Of a stretch of 64,000 nt of DNA, positions 11,894 through 25,576 are shown piece by piece. A program made the translations under genes and the position numbers. Source of the stretch: Scyliorhinus canicula (lineage: Eukaryota); contig NC_052164.1 of NCBI RefSeq assembly GCF_902713615.1, positions 77,475,830 through 77,539,829 of the forward strand. Reading direction: 5' to 3'. Under the pieces are notes generated by a model. It had not been told where the DNA came from. It saw only the letters and a list, made by a program, of their open reading frames with translations, and did no database searches. Each line of letters opens with the position of its first letter. The first letter of the stretch is position 1.

Positions 11894-14040
11894 TGATGTT
11901 ATCTGAAAGAGTGTCTCAAAACCACGCAGGCTAACTTGAAACTCTGGTTTTAATGGGTGTATTTGTTTGGAATGATGTGAGGAGCAGTGAACAACCCAGT
12001 TAAAAACCAGACTAGTCATTGTGTAAACAATCATTGAAGAATATTTATTAAAGTGAAAGAAGAAAAAACACAACAAAAGGCTAATATTACAACACTTAAG
12101 TATATGAGTAACTAAACACACCGGATTATCTGAAGTTACCTCTTGTTCCCAAAATGTACCCACATTTCCTCAAATCAATGAAACATCCCTTTTCCTAAGC
12201 AACATCCAATTTTGGTAACTCTTTAGGTCAAGTCCAGTTGATAATTACCACACAATACCACTTCGGTGATCACGTCTAGGAAAATGTCTCATCCTGGTTC
12301 AGTGAAGGCACAAAACTGCATCTTTTAGAGGAGAATATCTGAAATCTGTCGTGGCTCTAAATGTTAGATGGAACTGGCCTCTGAGGCTCGGAACATAGAT
12401 GGAATTGGGCCATTTGACTGTTGGATGGAGAACTAGCCCCCTTCCCAATGAGGGTGCTGGCAATCTCTTTGATATTCCCCTCTGTGGATTTGGCTGTCTG
12501 CTCTCTACAATTCCTCACCTTTAGAAGTTATAACTTGGACAGCCCCACTGATCTTGAGTAAACAATGTTTCTGATATGGCCATTCACACCTCAATGTCTC
12601 TAGATGCCCGCTCTTCTTTTTCTTGACTTATTTTATTTTAATATCAAGTTTACTGTTAACCTCATTAATTACCCATATTCCATCACGTCTCCTCTTTTTA
12701 AAAATGAAACATCTTAAATTGAAAGACGCTTTCATTTCTCAATCATTTCTCAGCTGTTGGACCTTATCAACATTTACAAACATTTAAGAGCATGCATTAA
12801 CAATAAAATTATACCCCAGAGAATTTTGACCAATGTTCCCAAAAGTCTCTTTCATACTTGTGATAAAGCATCTGCAATGATGCTCTCTCTCCCAGCCACA
12901 TTAATAATTGTTTTAATTAAATGGTTGCAACAGGCTCCATTGGAATGCACTGGAGTTCCAATATCAAATGTTTTCTCAAACTTTTGGGAGATTATGGTCC
13001 ATATATATGATTGTTTCAACAGGATCACTGGCAACGTAAATCTGAAAATGTTCTAATGCCAGTACCAAGCATAACGGGCTGGATTCTCCGTTTGGGAGAC
13101 TAAGTGTTAATGCCAGCGGAGCATGTGTGGACTTTCACAACTGGAAAATCGGCGTGAAACCCTCACCGATTACGGTACTGGTGAGGGGCTAGCACCGGCG
13201 CTGACTGAAACCCCCGTGGACCGCACTGCAAATGGCAGGAAAATAGGCAGGTCCCAGGCCGCACATGCACACGGCTGATGACCTGCACTGGTTGTGCCAT
13301 ACATGGCGCCGGCTGTGCGTGTACCCAACCCGCCAACCGTGACCCCACAGCCCACCCCCCACCAGTCTCCCCAGCCCCAGAAGAGGCAACCCCCCCCCTC
13401 CCCCGCCCCCGGTCAGCGGCACGGACCTCGGCCAAGTGTGGCGGCGCTGGACACAGTCCGCTGCTGGGACACGGGGTTCCCGCACTGTTGGGACCACACG
13501 TGGCCTGCGCCTCGGGAGCACAGCCCATCGGGGATGGAACATCGTGGGTGGGCCGGCTGATGGCACGTCAACGCTGTTCAAACAGCGCGTGTCACGATGA
13601 TGCCAGTTTGAAGGGAGTGGACCGGCATCAAACTGGTGCCGGCCCTGATTTTGGCGTGGGAATCCATTCTCCCCTCGATCGCCGATCACGATTTCAGAGG
13701 CGGGCTACGTCTTTTTTTCAATCGTGGAATACTTCTGTTGGTGATGATTTAATTTCCTTGAGAAATATCCCACAGGTTTCTCAATGTCATGTTTATCTTC
13801 CTGCCGAAACACAACTCCCACACCAATGTCACTAGCATCCATGGTCAGTTTAAACTGCTTGTCATAGTTTGGAGCAGCTAACACCAGTTATGTTGTTAAC
13901 ACCTTTTTAAAATGTTGAATGCTCTTTTGCAGTTCTCCATCCAATTAAAGTACTTGTTCTACTTGAAAACCTTTGTGACTGGTTTTCTTTTCTTGTGGTG
14001 GGTTCCTAAAAATCTTAACTAGCCTGTTTTTTAGCATCTT
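11894..14040 (-). mobile_element. Gypsy LTR retrotransposon 3' part: RT-RNase H, PPT and 3' LTR
   Basis: The minus strand reads VLAAPNYDKQFKLTMDASDIGVGVVFRQEDKHDIEKPVGYFSRKLNHHQQKYSTIEK [MITE] LVLALEHFQIYV...ESIIADALSQV*. A purine tract AAAAAGAGGAGACG abuts an LTR bounded by TGATG (11894) and CATCA (12685). Confidence 0.8.
13076..13707. mobile_element. Harbinger-type MITE inserted in the Gypsy RNase H
   Basis: Left TIR GGGCTGGATTCTCC. The right TIR is missing. The Gypsy reading frame resumes on both sides. Confidence 0.7.
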
Positions 14041-14403
14041 CTGGTCAATGGTAACTGCCAGGAGATTGATAATAGGGGATTCAGTGATGGTAATGCCATT
14101 AAATGTCAAGTGCCGATGGTTAGATTCTCTCTTGTTGGGCCATGGTCATTGCCTGACACTTGTGAGGCTGCTATCACTGAAAGGCATATTACAAGGATCA
14201 CCCACTCCTAGAGGAAAGTTTAAGGGATACTTTGGCATCGGCGCCAACCTGTAGGAGTGGTGCAGAGGGGAGGGCTGGGCTGGGTGGTGGTGGCGAGGGG
14301 GGGGGGGGGGGTAGGGAGCGTTGGCAGTGCGATGAGAGCTCTGGCAGTTGGGTTTAGTGTTCTCTAATCTATCACAGCTCACAGACTTGATAATTCTCCC
14401 CCA

Positions 14404-15316
14404 GGATGCATGCTTGTTGACCAGTGTAGGCATCTAAGATGGCCACTAACGAACACAAAATGGAAGACTGCAAAGAGTGCAGGGAAAACGGACATGATAA
14501 AGAGCAAACAGCTTGCAGAGCAATTATGTATTGAGACAATTGCAGAAACCGGTTTCCCGACAGCTGCAGAGATCAGGCAGTGCTGTAAATGAGAAGCCTT
14601 TAGCATATTAATGAGGTGATACCGGGCCAGTCCCAGGTACAATGGACACAAATTAAGTATCAATCGATACATTCAATAGCAGACCAGACGGTGGAGCCAG
14701 AGAAGCCCAGGACAATAAGTCCTAAGAACCGCCCCAGCGATCAAGGAACGGCCCTAGGATTGGGGGGTTCAAACCATAGGCCCAATCGATCCCCAGCAGG
14801 TGAGGGAGCCCGCCCAAAGGGACCTCCTGGGACCTATAAAAAAAAGGTCCCACACATGGTTCAGTCTCCTGTCTCCGGCCTCCGACTCCAGCCTCCAGAC
14901 CCCTGTCTTCTACATCAGCCGTTGAGCAGCAGCCGCCAATACGTAAGTGCCTAAACAACGACCGCTACCTGAAACCGGCATTACTTACACCCTTGCCGAC
15001 TGATAGTGATCCGAAGCCTGCAGACCAGACCAGAACAAAGGGCTTGTTCCCTAACCTCGCAGTTCCTTCTTAGCTAAGTATTAGTTGTTTAGTGGTAGAA
15101 GTAGGTTTAATCTTTAGCGTGTGCATGAGTGTTATTATAATTGTGTTATAATAAACTCTAATTGTTTTGGACTTCCTAATTGGTGTACAGCTTTATTGCT
15201 TTGAACTTGACCTTGAAACTTGTGACGGTGTCTTTACGGCACCTGGCGACTCCAGAGCTTAGAACGAGAAACAGAGCCAAGTGAGTGTTAAGCACACTCA
15301 CCCAGAATGAGCAACA
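14404..15316 (+). repeat. LTR-like repeat, related subfamily
   Basis: Shares CATCTAAGATGGCCAC near the start, AACGACCGCTACCTGA, CCTATAAAA, AATAAA and terminal GAGCAACA with 3781-4554. Confidence 0.6.
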
Positions 15317-15319
15317 CCG

Positions 15320-16012
15320 GGACCCTCGCTCCATTCAATTGATAGACACAAACAAATCACTTATTTATTACGCACAATATAAAAATCCCAATTCTCATCA
15401 CTACAACAAGAGAAGTTCTATCATACACTGTATTACATGCACACAAATGATTCTACCTTCCTGCGCTACCACTATAAGGTCATAAGCATAGGTTTAATTG
15501 TTAATACTTATCCAGTAACCTTTTGTGTACCTCTGGAGACTTCACCACCCAGTCGCACTGGCCAAGCAAGAGAGGGGATCGGACTCTGTATTCAAGTTGG
15601 AGGCTTGAGATCGTCTGTGAAAATCTTGAGGTTTTGCATGCCTTGGTCACTTCTGAATTCATATTTATATCTTTCTTGGAACTGTGTGTCTGCTCGCCTA
15701 CATGCATTCTGCCACGTAACCGATAACCACTTCCCCTTACATCGGACAGACCACAGCAAATTAATGTTTTGGCCCGCTATGTTTGACCTCTGCTTATTTC
15801 TCATCCTTTCTCTTCCCAGGTGATCGTTCCCAGACCTTGTACTTGGCCACATTTCCCAACAGTCTTAGTATATCTTTTACTTGGGCACATTTCCCAGGAG
15901 GCTTTTTTCAAGGTCACATGCTAATTACTCCCAAACACAAGTCAAGATATTTGCAGGGCCAATGCATGCGTAAATACAATCACGTTCTGACACACATTGT
16001 GATGATTGTCAC
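15320..16012 (-). repeat. Probable LTR fragment
   Basis: Minus-strand TATA-like (ATATAAAT) and AATAAAT signals, with a TGTGACA start at 16012. No coding support. Confidence 0.3.
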
Positions 16013-16829
16013 AGCAGAATAAGGGTCAAATGGCCGGTGTGACCAATTGGGACTCAGAGTGTGGAATCTCGCGATGGTGAGGGAGGCAGAGACATTTTGG
16101 AAGCTAGCTTAAGGCATGACGCTGATGTTCGATTCTTATTAATAAATACCTTTTGAGTTAATTGATGAAAATGCATTGTTACATTTGGTGACGAGGATTA
16201 TCTATCATGACACTGACTCCAGCCCGATCCCTGTGAGTATCCTGTTTGAATCAAAGTTTGGAAAACAATGCTTTCGACCCATTATGAAGTATTTCCAGAC
16301 CCTGAGTAATGTAGAATCCAAAATGATGGACAGTTACAAATGGGTGGGCAATGGAGAGAACATGGGAAGACCGCTGGATCAGAATCAACAAGAAGACAAA
16401 GTGAAATACACAAACATCCCTCTACATACTTTGTAGACTAGCTGCAGCCCTGGAGGCTCAGTGTGGAATCACCCCATGGTGAGGGAATCTCCTCAGCAAA
16501 GACATTTTGGGAGCCACGAGGCTGCAGTACAATTCTTATTAATAAATGCCTTTTGTGTTCATTGATGAAGTCTGTGAAAGTGCATCTTCACACATGGGCA
16601 AATAGAAAACTGGCCACAGCATACAAAGACAAGGACTAACCAACAGGTGAATTCCAGGAGAATACTCATTCCAGGAAATGTGACCCGGGACAGGGAACAA
16701 AAGGCCAAATTATGAAACACTCCCAGAAAACCCCAGACAGGTAAATGATTCCATGGCATCAATTTGAAGAAGGGCAGAGGAGTTATCCCCACTGTCAAGT
16801 CCAATATCTATCCATAGATTCCTACAGTA

Positions 16830-17420
16830 CAGAAGGGGGTCATTCATCCCATCAAGTCTGCGCTGACCCTCTGAAAGAGCATCTTTCCTAGGCCCACTCC
16901 GCCACCTATCCCCATAATTCCACCTTACCTGCACACCTTTAGACACTAAGGGGCAATTTATCATAGAATTATCATAGCATTTACAGTGCAGAAGGAGGCA
17001 ATTCGGCCCATCGAGTCTGCACTGGCTCTTGAAAAGAGCACACTACACAAGCCCGCACCTCCACCCTATTCCCGTAACCCAGTAACCCCACCCAACTCTA
17101 AGGGCAATTTTGGACACTAAGGGCAATTTAGTACTGCCAATCTACCTAACCTGCACACCTTTGGACTGTGGGAGGAAGCCAGAGCACCCGGAGGAAACCC
17201 ACGCAAAGAATGTGCAAACTCCACACAGTCACCCGAGGCTGGAACTGAATCCGGGTCTCTGGTGCTGCGAGACAGCAGAACCAAAAGCCAAGTTCCACTG
17301 TGTATCCTTCAATGAACATCACCAAAAATAGCCTTGGGTGACTGCCTGTAAGGAGTTTGCACCTTCCCCCCATGTCTGCATGGGTTTCTTCAGAGTGCTC
17401 TGGCTTCCTCCCACAGTCAC
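16830..17420. mobile_element. Cluster of V-SINE pieces (full minus-strand copy at about 16965-17280)
   Basis: Same core and tail as 2911-3255, in both orientations. Confidence 0.75.
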
Positions 17421-18129
17421 AAAAAATAGATTTTCTGGTCATTTTTACCTTGTTCACCACACTCAAAATAGTTGATGGAATATGAATTAGTCTGTGATGG
17501 CAGCACAAACAAAGCAGAAACATAATATCCAATGTTTTTACTGTCAATTAATCAGTATGGACCCAGATTACTGTATATTATTTGTCGACTGTTTTCATGG
17601 ATGCAGCTTCAGTTCTGTCCAAGCAATTAATGGTTTGCTAAAATTTAGATTTCTCTTCCACGCCACCTGAGTAATTACCTGTGCTTTTACATAAACTCCT
17701 TTCTCTGAGTTACAAAGCCAATCATCGAATCGTAGAACCCCTACAGTGCAGAAGGAGGCCATTCAGCCCATCGAGTCTGCACCAGCCCTCTGAAAGAGCA
17801 CCCTAAGTAGGCCCAGTCCCCTGCCCTCTGCCTGTAACCACTGTGCCATTATGCCGCCTAATGTGCAGAGCGGACAGGGAAAGTGCTTAGTCCGTATCTT
17901 TGCTGGCTCCAAAGGCTAAGTCAAATTCAAATTCCATTACCTGTCAATAGCAAGCAAAAGCTTAACTGATCAGCTCAAACCTCTGAACTGAGATCACGCC
18001 GCAAAATAGCCTTTTAAATAAATCTGAGTTTCTGTTTCAATTCCCCTTGAGTGTTCTTTTCATTTTTGTGAACCTGCTATGACTCTGGTAGCAACATACC
18101 TGCTACCTGAATCAGTCTTTTCTTTAAAT

Positions 18130-18330
18130 CTTTTTTTTTCCCAATTAAGGGTCAATTTAGCGTGACCCCCCCCAATCCACCTCTCCTTCATATCTTTTGG
18201 GTTGTAAGACCCACAGAAACACGGGGAGAATATGCAAACTCCAGATGGACATTAATCCGGGGTGGGGGATTGAACCAGGTCCTCAGTGGCGTGAGGCAGC
18301 AGTGCTAACCACTACACCACCGTGCCACCC
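18130..18330 (-). mobile_element. V-SINE, short form
   Basis: GGGTGGCACGGTGGTGTAGTGGTTAGCACTGCTGCCTCAC head on the minus strand. Confidence 0.7.
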
Positions 18331-18334
18331 TGCC

Positions 18335-18740
18335 TTTGAATCACTCTTGGTGCAAGTCCCACTTCAGGGCTTCAGCTCAAGAAGCAAGGCTCAGTGCAGT
18401 ACTGAGGGAGCCCTGGACATTTGGCGGTGCTGTTTTTGCACAGGTATATTAAACTGAGGCCCTGTCTGCTCTCCCATCCCATGCCACAATTTCAAAAAAG
18501 GGTAGCATAGTGATCCCCCATTTCCTGGCCAATAGTTATCCCTTAGTTCAACATCACAAAAACAGATTATCCAGTCATTATGATATTGCTGTAAGAGGAA
18601 ACAATATGCGGTATGCATATTGGTTGCTGTATTACCTGCATTGCAGCTGTGAATATAATTCAAAATATACTTCATTGGCTGTAAAAGCACTTTAAGACAT
18701 CTGGTGATCGTAAAACGTTCTATATAAATGCAAACCTTTA
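18335..18740 (+). mobile_element. Ancient Deu-domain-type SINE (AmnSINE1/SacSINE1-like), diverged
   Basis: GGCGGTGCTG...TTAAACTGAGGCCCTGTC...CCTGGCCAA...GTAAAAGCACTTTAAGACATC...CTATATAAATGCAA resembles the DeuSINE core and tail as recalled. Not aligned. Confidence 0.5.
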
Positions 18741-18789
18741 CTTTTGTTTGAGGTACCTCCTCAAATAACGGGTAAAGTTTAAAAAATAT

Positions 18790-21700
18790 ATATTTTTATT
18801 CTCCTTTTTGACGTTTTCTCCTGAATTTACACCCACCAACAATTAACAATAATCAGCAACAGATATGTCAATCCCCATAACAATAACAACAATCCCATCC
18901 TCCCACCAACCCCCAAACATCAGCCCGCAATGTTTACATAAACAAATGACAAAAAGGAATCAGGAATCACCCATAGTCGCCATTAACACATACAGTCCCC
19001 CTCCCCCCAACCCTCCCAACCACCCCTTCCCCAACTAATGTTCGATGTTATCCAGTTCTTAAAAGTGCATAATAAATAAATAATGCCCATGACTTGTAGG
19101 ACCCTTCCGTCCTTCCCCTCAGTTCAAACTTAACTTTCTCAAGGGTCAAGAATTCCAACAGGTTCCCCCCACCACGCCAAGGCACAGTGTGGAGAGGCTG
19201 CTCTCCATCCCAGCAGGATCCGCCTTCAGGGGATCAACGAGGTGAAGGCTACGATATCTGCCTCTGCACCTGTTTCCAACCCTGGCTGGTCCGACACCCC
19301 GAATATGGCCTCCAGGGGACCCGGGTCCAGTTCCACGTGCACCACCTTGGAAATTACCCTAAAAACCTCCTTCCAGTAATCCTCTAGCTTTGGACAGGAG
19401 CAAAACATATGAAAGTGATCCCCCCACCCCCCCACCCCTCCGCAACTCGCACACACATCTTCTACTCCTTCAAAGAATCGGCTCATCCTCGCCATCGGGA
19501 GGTGTACTCTGTATACCACCTTCAGCTGTATCAGCCCCAACCTCGCACATGAGGTGGAGGCATTGACTCTCCGGTGCACCTCACACCAGACCACCTCCTC
19601 TATAACCTCTCCCAACTCTTCCTCCCACTTTGCTTTGATCCCTTCCAGTGGTGCCTTATCCTCGTCCAAAATAGCTCCATACACCGCTGACACTACCCCC
19701 TTCTCCAGTCCCCTTGTCGTCAGCACCTCCTCCAGCAATGTGGAGGCCGGTTCCTCCAGGAAGCTCTGATCTCCTTCCTGGCAAAATCTCGAACCTGCAT
19801 GTATCTAAACATTTCTCCCTGCTCCAGCCAATACTTCGCTTCCAGCTCCTTCAATCCTGCAAACCGACCCCTAAGAAACAAATCTTTTGGCGTCTTAATC
19901 CCCTTCTCTTCCCATTTCCAAAATCTTCCATCCCACTTCCCTGGCTCAAATCTGTGGTTCCCCCGAATCGGCATTTCCCTTGACCCTGCCCCCAACCCGA
20001 AGTGTTGGCGAAACTGCCTCCAGATTTTCAATGAAGCTACTATTACCAGACTCCTTGAGTATTTCCCCGTAGCTATCGGGAGCGGCGCTGTTGCTAGTGC
20101 TTTCAGTCCCGATCCCCTGCACAAACTCTCCTCCATTCTGACCCACTGGGAATCAACCCCTCTGACCCAGCTCCGCACCTTCTTCAAATTCGCCACCCAG
20201 TAGTAGTACATCAGGTTCGGGAGACCCAAACCCCCTGCCTGCCTTCCCCTCTGTAGCAGCACCTTTCACACTCTGGCCACCTTCCCTCCCCATATGAACA
20301 AGGAAATCCTTCCTCAATCTCCCTGAAAAAAGCCTTTGGCAGGAAAGGCATTGAAAAATAAACAGAAATCGCGGCCACACATTTTAGCTGCCTGTACCCG
20401 ACCCGCCAGTGACAGAGGGAGACCATCCCACCTTGCCAGATCGGCTTTCAATCTCCCCACCAAACTAGTGATGTTGTGCCTGCAAAGCCTCCCCCACTCC
20501 CGGGCCACCTGCACCCCCAGATACCTAAAGTGAGTCGCTACCCTACAGAATGGTAGCCCCCCCCCACCCCGGCCGAGACACCACAAAATATTCACTCTTG
20601 TCCAGTTTCAGCTTGTACCCCAAGAAAGACCCGAGAAATACTCGCGGTAGCCCCAATATTCCTCCTATTGACGTACTTGATTCCGACACATACAGCAGCA
20701 AGTTGTCGGGATATAAGGCCACCCTATGCTCTATCCCTCCCTGCACTATTCCTTTCCATGCTCCCGAACTTCTTAATGCGATGGCCAACGGTTCAATCGC
20801 AAGTGCTAACAACAGGGGGGACATAGGACATCCCTGCCTCGTCCCACGGTGGAGAGAAAAGTATCTCGAGCTGATATTGTTTGTGCAGACACTCGCCTTC
20901 GGCTCCTTGTATAATAGCTTTACCCAGTTCACAAATCTTGGTCCAATCCCAAACCGCTCCAGAACTGCCATCAGGTACCCCCATTCTACCCGGTCAAACG
21001 CCTTCTCAGCGTCCAATACCACAACCACCTCTGTTTCCTTCCCTTCCGCCGGTGCCATAATGACGTTCAAAACCCTCCTAATGTTCGAAAACAGCTGCCT
21101 CCCTTTCATGGACCCTGTCTGATCCTCACCTATCACCTTCGGGAGGCACTCCTCCAGCCTACCCGCCAGTACCTTCACCAATACTTTTGCGTCCACATTC
21201 AGAAGTGATATGGGCCTATACGACCCACACTCCATTGGATCCTTATCTTTTTTTAGCAACAGCGAAATCGATGTCTGCCCCAAGGTTTGTGGCAGCACCC
21301 CGTTCTCTATCGCCTCTTCAAACATCCCCACCATCAGGGGTGCTAACTTATCCTTGAATTTTTTATAATATTCCACAGGAAACCCATCCGGCCCTGCCAC
21401 CTTCCCTGACTGCATCCTCCCAATCCCATCCTTTATCTCCTGCTCCACCATTGCTCCTTTTAATATAGCCCTGTCTCCCTCCCCTAGCCTCGGGTCCTCC
21501 AACCCATCTAGAAATTCTTTCATCTCACAGTCTCCCCTGGGTGGCTCTGATCTGTACAACCTCTCATAAAACTCCTCAAAAACCTTGTTAATCCGCTCCG
21601 GAGCCACCACCAACATCTCTGCCCTATCCCTTACCTGAAGAATTTCCTTGCAGCTGCCTCCGTCCGGAGCTGACCTGCTAACATACCTCATCTCCATGTT

Positions 21701-22258
21701 CAAAAACTGCACCCCTTGTTCGTCTCAGTTGGTGCACCGCCTTCCTGGTGGACAGTCGGTCGAAGCTCGCCTGTCGTTCCTTCCTCTTTTCCAGCTTCGC
21801 TGTGTCCCCATCTTCTGTATAACTCCTATCTACCTCCAATATCTCATCTCTTACCCTCTGCCGCTCCAACCTCTCCTCTTTGTCCATCCTGGCCTTAAAC
21901 AAAATTACCTCACCCCTCACCACCACCTTTAGAGCCTCCTAGACAACTGCCTTCGACACCTCACCCATATATTTGAAACCTACATATTCCTTAATTGCCT
22001 TTTCAATTTTCTCACAGAACACTTGGTTCCCCCAAAAGCCCCACATCCAGCTTCATCCCTGGCCTCAGCGCTACCCCCTTCTCCAGTACCATATCCACCC
22101 ACTGCGGAGCGTGATCTGACACTGCAATTGCCAAGTATTCCGACTCCTTAACTCCAGCCAGCAAAGTCTTTCCCACCACAAAAAAGTCGATCCGCGAGTA
22201 TACCTTATGGACTGCTGAGAAAAACGAGTGCCCCTGTTCCCTTTCACACTCCTGTCCT
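18790..22258 (-). mobile_element. 5'-truncated L1-clade LINE (EN end, RT, C-terminus; frameshifted)
   Basis: HKVYSRIDFF and SDHAP (endonuclease), GPDGFPVEYYK, LDAEKAFDRVEW and RGTRQGCPMSPLL (RT), with a 3' UTR and A-tail at the low-coordinate end. Confidence 0.92.
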
Positions 22259-22696
22259 TCATCAATCTGATTTATTCTTTTTTTTTTGAAAAAAGGGGAG
22301 AAAAAAAAAACTTTCACCCAACATCTTTAAACTTTCTTTCTTTCTCCTCTACATACCCCCAGAGCTCCCCTGGGACCGGACTTCAGCCTTCTTTCTTTAT
22401 CCTAGGTGGGAGCCATCTGATGTGGGACACCCTACCTACATCATGGCGGGGGGGGGGGGTGATGCCTCAGGGAAATCCCCGAAATTGCCGCCAATCGTGG
22501 CCACCGGCGGTAGCTCTTCTTACTGCGGCCGCCCTGCTCGCCCACGCCACCGGAAGTCCCCAAACAAAGGGTAAAGTTATGTCCAAATTTGCATCTCTGG
22601 GGATGACATTGTGAAAATGTAGAGGTAAGCTTGTCCATCATATTAAATAAAGCAATGAAGCTCCACCATTTTTTTTTAACTAATTAAAGCAATGAG

Positions 22697-23130
22697 CCGT
22701 CACTGGCTAGGCCAGCATTCATTGCCCTTCTCTAATTTCCTCATGGGAAGGTGGTGGTGAACTGCCTTCTGGAACTGCTGCAGTCCTGTTAGAGAGGGCG
22801 TTCCAAGATTTTGACCCAGCGACAATGAAGGAATGGTGATATATTTCCAAGTCAGGATAGTGAGTGGCTTAGACGGGAATTTCCAGTTAGTGATGTGGTT
22901 CCCAGGTGTCTGCTGCCCTTGCCCTTTTAGATGGTAGCGGTTGTGCTGCCTAAGGAACATTGGTGAGTACCTGCAGAGCATCTTGTAGATGATACACACT
23001 GCATCTCCTATGCGTCAGGGTGGAGGGGGTGAATGTTTGTGGTTGGGGTGCCAATCAAGAGGGCTACTTGAGTGTTGTTGGAGCTGCACCCATCCAGGCA
23101 AGTGGAAAACATTCCATCACACTCCTCTGT
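22697..23130 (-). mobile_element. CR1/L2-group LINE 3' end
   Basis: Same sequence as 176-480 (CCAGCATT...TTGCCC...GGTGAACTG.CTTC...AAGGAATGGTGATATATTTCCAA). Confidence 0.7.
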
Positions 23131-23235
23131 GACCTTCTCATGTAAATAAAAAGGTGAATGCCACCATGCAAATAAGGTAAAGGGCAATGATTGATAATCA
23201 CTGGAAGGTGTGACACAATCCAGAACTACTATTGT

Positions 23236-24011
23236 GGGGCTGCATGCCGTCTAAGATGGCCACCTGCAAAGGACCATGGGAATTATGGCCAACCCAGGAC
23301 TCAGACAGATACAGAGCCTATATGTATCTGAAACACAGGTAACCAGGCCTGATCGAAACCCCCGCTCATTTGCATTTTAATGGCCCATTTTCCCAGGCCA
23401 ATAGAACTCCAATCAAGCAACATGTACAGCCACAGACTGATCAGCACCACCACCCTTACTCAGAAAGCCCAATTGCCAAGGTCAATGACCGCTAAGGACC
23501 CACCCAGCCACCAGGGCACCCATCCCTTTATTGGCCGAAATTGAAGACAGTGATCAGAGCCCTGTCGAACTATTGGGTCCAAGGTTAAGGACCGCCCCAA
23601 AGAGCGCAAAATCCCAGAGGGATAAAAGAGAGCACAGTCATGTATTCTGTCTCTTTTGGATCCGGCCTGTACCAACCCAATCGTAGCAGGAACAGCCAGC
23701 CAGGTTCAAGACCAACGATCGCTACCTGACAGATGTGCCCAGCAGAGAGAGAGACACTTTTTTCGAACCAGCCAAGTGAAATCCAGATAAAGGCCTTATC
23801 CATTTGCACAGTGCCGATCACCCTGAAGTTCAGTATAGGTTATTGTAGCTGATAGGTGTAGTTTAACTCATAGTAGATATTGTGTTTGCATATCGAGATA
23901 ACTCTTGTATATGTAAATAAACCATCTTTTGGACTAACTAACTGGTTGTGTGGTCATGTGATTGATATAAGGGAAGGCTTGTGGTTCACCAACATTATTA
24001 ATAGAGCAACA
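23236..24011 (+). repeat. LTR-like interspersed repeat, copy 3
   Basis: Colinear high-identity match to 3781-4554, ending ATTATTAATAGAGCAACA. Confidence 0.8.
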
Positions 24012-24509
24012 GGGCCAATGCAACCAAAATATTTTATTTCTTATTTGAAGTGTTTCTTTGCTTACTTAATTTTGAGCTGAAGCTATATAATATTTAAGGA
24101 GGGAATAATAACTTAAATGATGGACAGACAAGTTGAGATTTTGAGGGGAAATAGCCAATTTGAAAAACAGAGCGAAGGATATAATAACATCGTAAGTTCC
24201 AGAATAGCACTGCCCCATCTTTATCACTCAGTATCATAAATAATAAAAGGCTGACATAGCTTTTAAATAACAAAATGTCCCCAAGTGATTCTGAAGCCAA
24301 ACAAGGAATGGAAAAACGTGATCATGTGGGCAAACAACACGGTCAAATAGGTATCAATTAAAAAATATAGTCCATTAACAGGATGTAGCTGCACTGGCAA
24401 GGACAGCATTTATTGCCTTCCACAACTAATGAGTGACTTGAAAGCCATTTCAGCGAACAGTTAACAGTAAACCAAATTGCTGTGGGTCTAAAGTCACATG
24501 TAAACCAGG

Positions 24510-24800
24510 AATATAGGAATTAGGAGCAGAAGTAGGCAATTCAGCCCTTCGAGCCTGCTCCGCCATTCAATCAGATCATGGCTGATCTCTTTGTGGTCTC
24601 AAATCCACATCCCTGCCTGTTCACCATATCCCTTCAAACTCCTTTTTAAATCAGAAATATATCTATCTCCTTTTCGAAACCACTTAAAGACTCAGATTCC
24701 AACACCCTATGGGGCACAGAGTTTCTCAAATTCACCACCTTCTACGAGAAGTAGTTCCTCCTCATCTCAGTTCTAAATCTACAGCCTCTCAACCTATATC
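24510..24800 (-). mobile_element. CR1 3' tail
   Basis: GGAGCAGAAGTAGGC...TTCAGCCC.TCGAGCCTGCTCCGCCATTCAAT.AGATCATGGCTGATC is the reverse complement of the CR1 terminus. Similar sequence at about 58090-58630 and 59345-59700. Confidence 0.65.
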
Positions 24801-25576
24801 TGTGACCAGGTCAGGCAAGGATTGCAGGTTTCCTTCTCTAAAGGGAATTGGAGTTTTTAAGGCAATCCAGGATTTTCATGAATCCCTATTGCTGAGTGGA
24901 GCTTTTTGTTCCAAATTTATTAATGGAATTTAAATTCCCCAGCTATCACGGTGGAGTTTGAATTTATCATTGAGTCATTTGCCCGGTTTGAGGACTTTTT
25001 CAAGGTGGAGTGAATGTATGGGTGGAGAGGTTTTGAAAGAAAATTCCAGGGTCCAGCCATAAAGGAGAGTTGCAAGTGGTGTATGCGGATTCACAGAAGA
25101 CATTCAGCAAGTTGCTTCACGAGACTGAAGTGAGTAAAAAAACTCAGCAGGTTGACAAAAGGGAAAAGTTAAAAAGTTGGTTAATGAATAGGAAATCAAG
25201 AATTATGTTAAATAAGTATTTTCAGAAAGGCCGTCTGGCTGTAGGGTACCCCAAGGGTGAGTGCTGTCAAGTGTTCCTCTCAGGGTAACTGGATGATCTG
25301 GGCATTTGGACTTGAATTTTCAAGATGGCGCATGCTCAACAGCAACAAGCTTGGAGATGGCAGAGAACCCACCCCAACAGACCTACTGCCATTTTATGCT
25401 CAATTAGCATTGATTGATGGCAAGAGGAACATCCGTTTACCCTTGGATGGAGGCTACGCCTTGATTGGCCAATAGCTCTTCAGTCCCTCCAGACACAGTG
25501 CTGCAGTGGCCAGAAGAGGTACTGCAAGGCTGTGCCTTAACCCTAATCCTGGAACAGCACATCAAGTGAGTATCAG

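Noticed and set aside
13163-13835. Overlapping 100-185-aa ORFs (likewise at 25631-26272, 50639-51448, 57102-57708 and 58549-59279)
   Set aside because: They are stop-poor GC-rich MITE interiors with no protein motifs or splice support.
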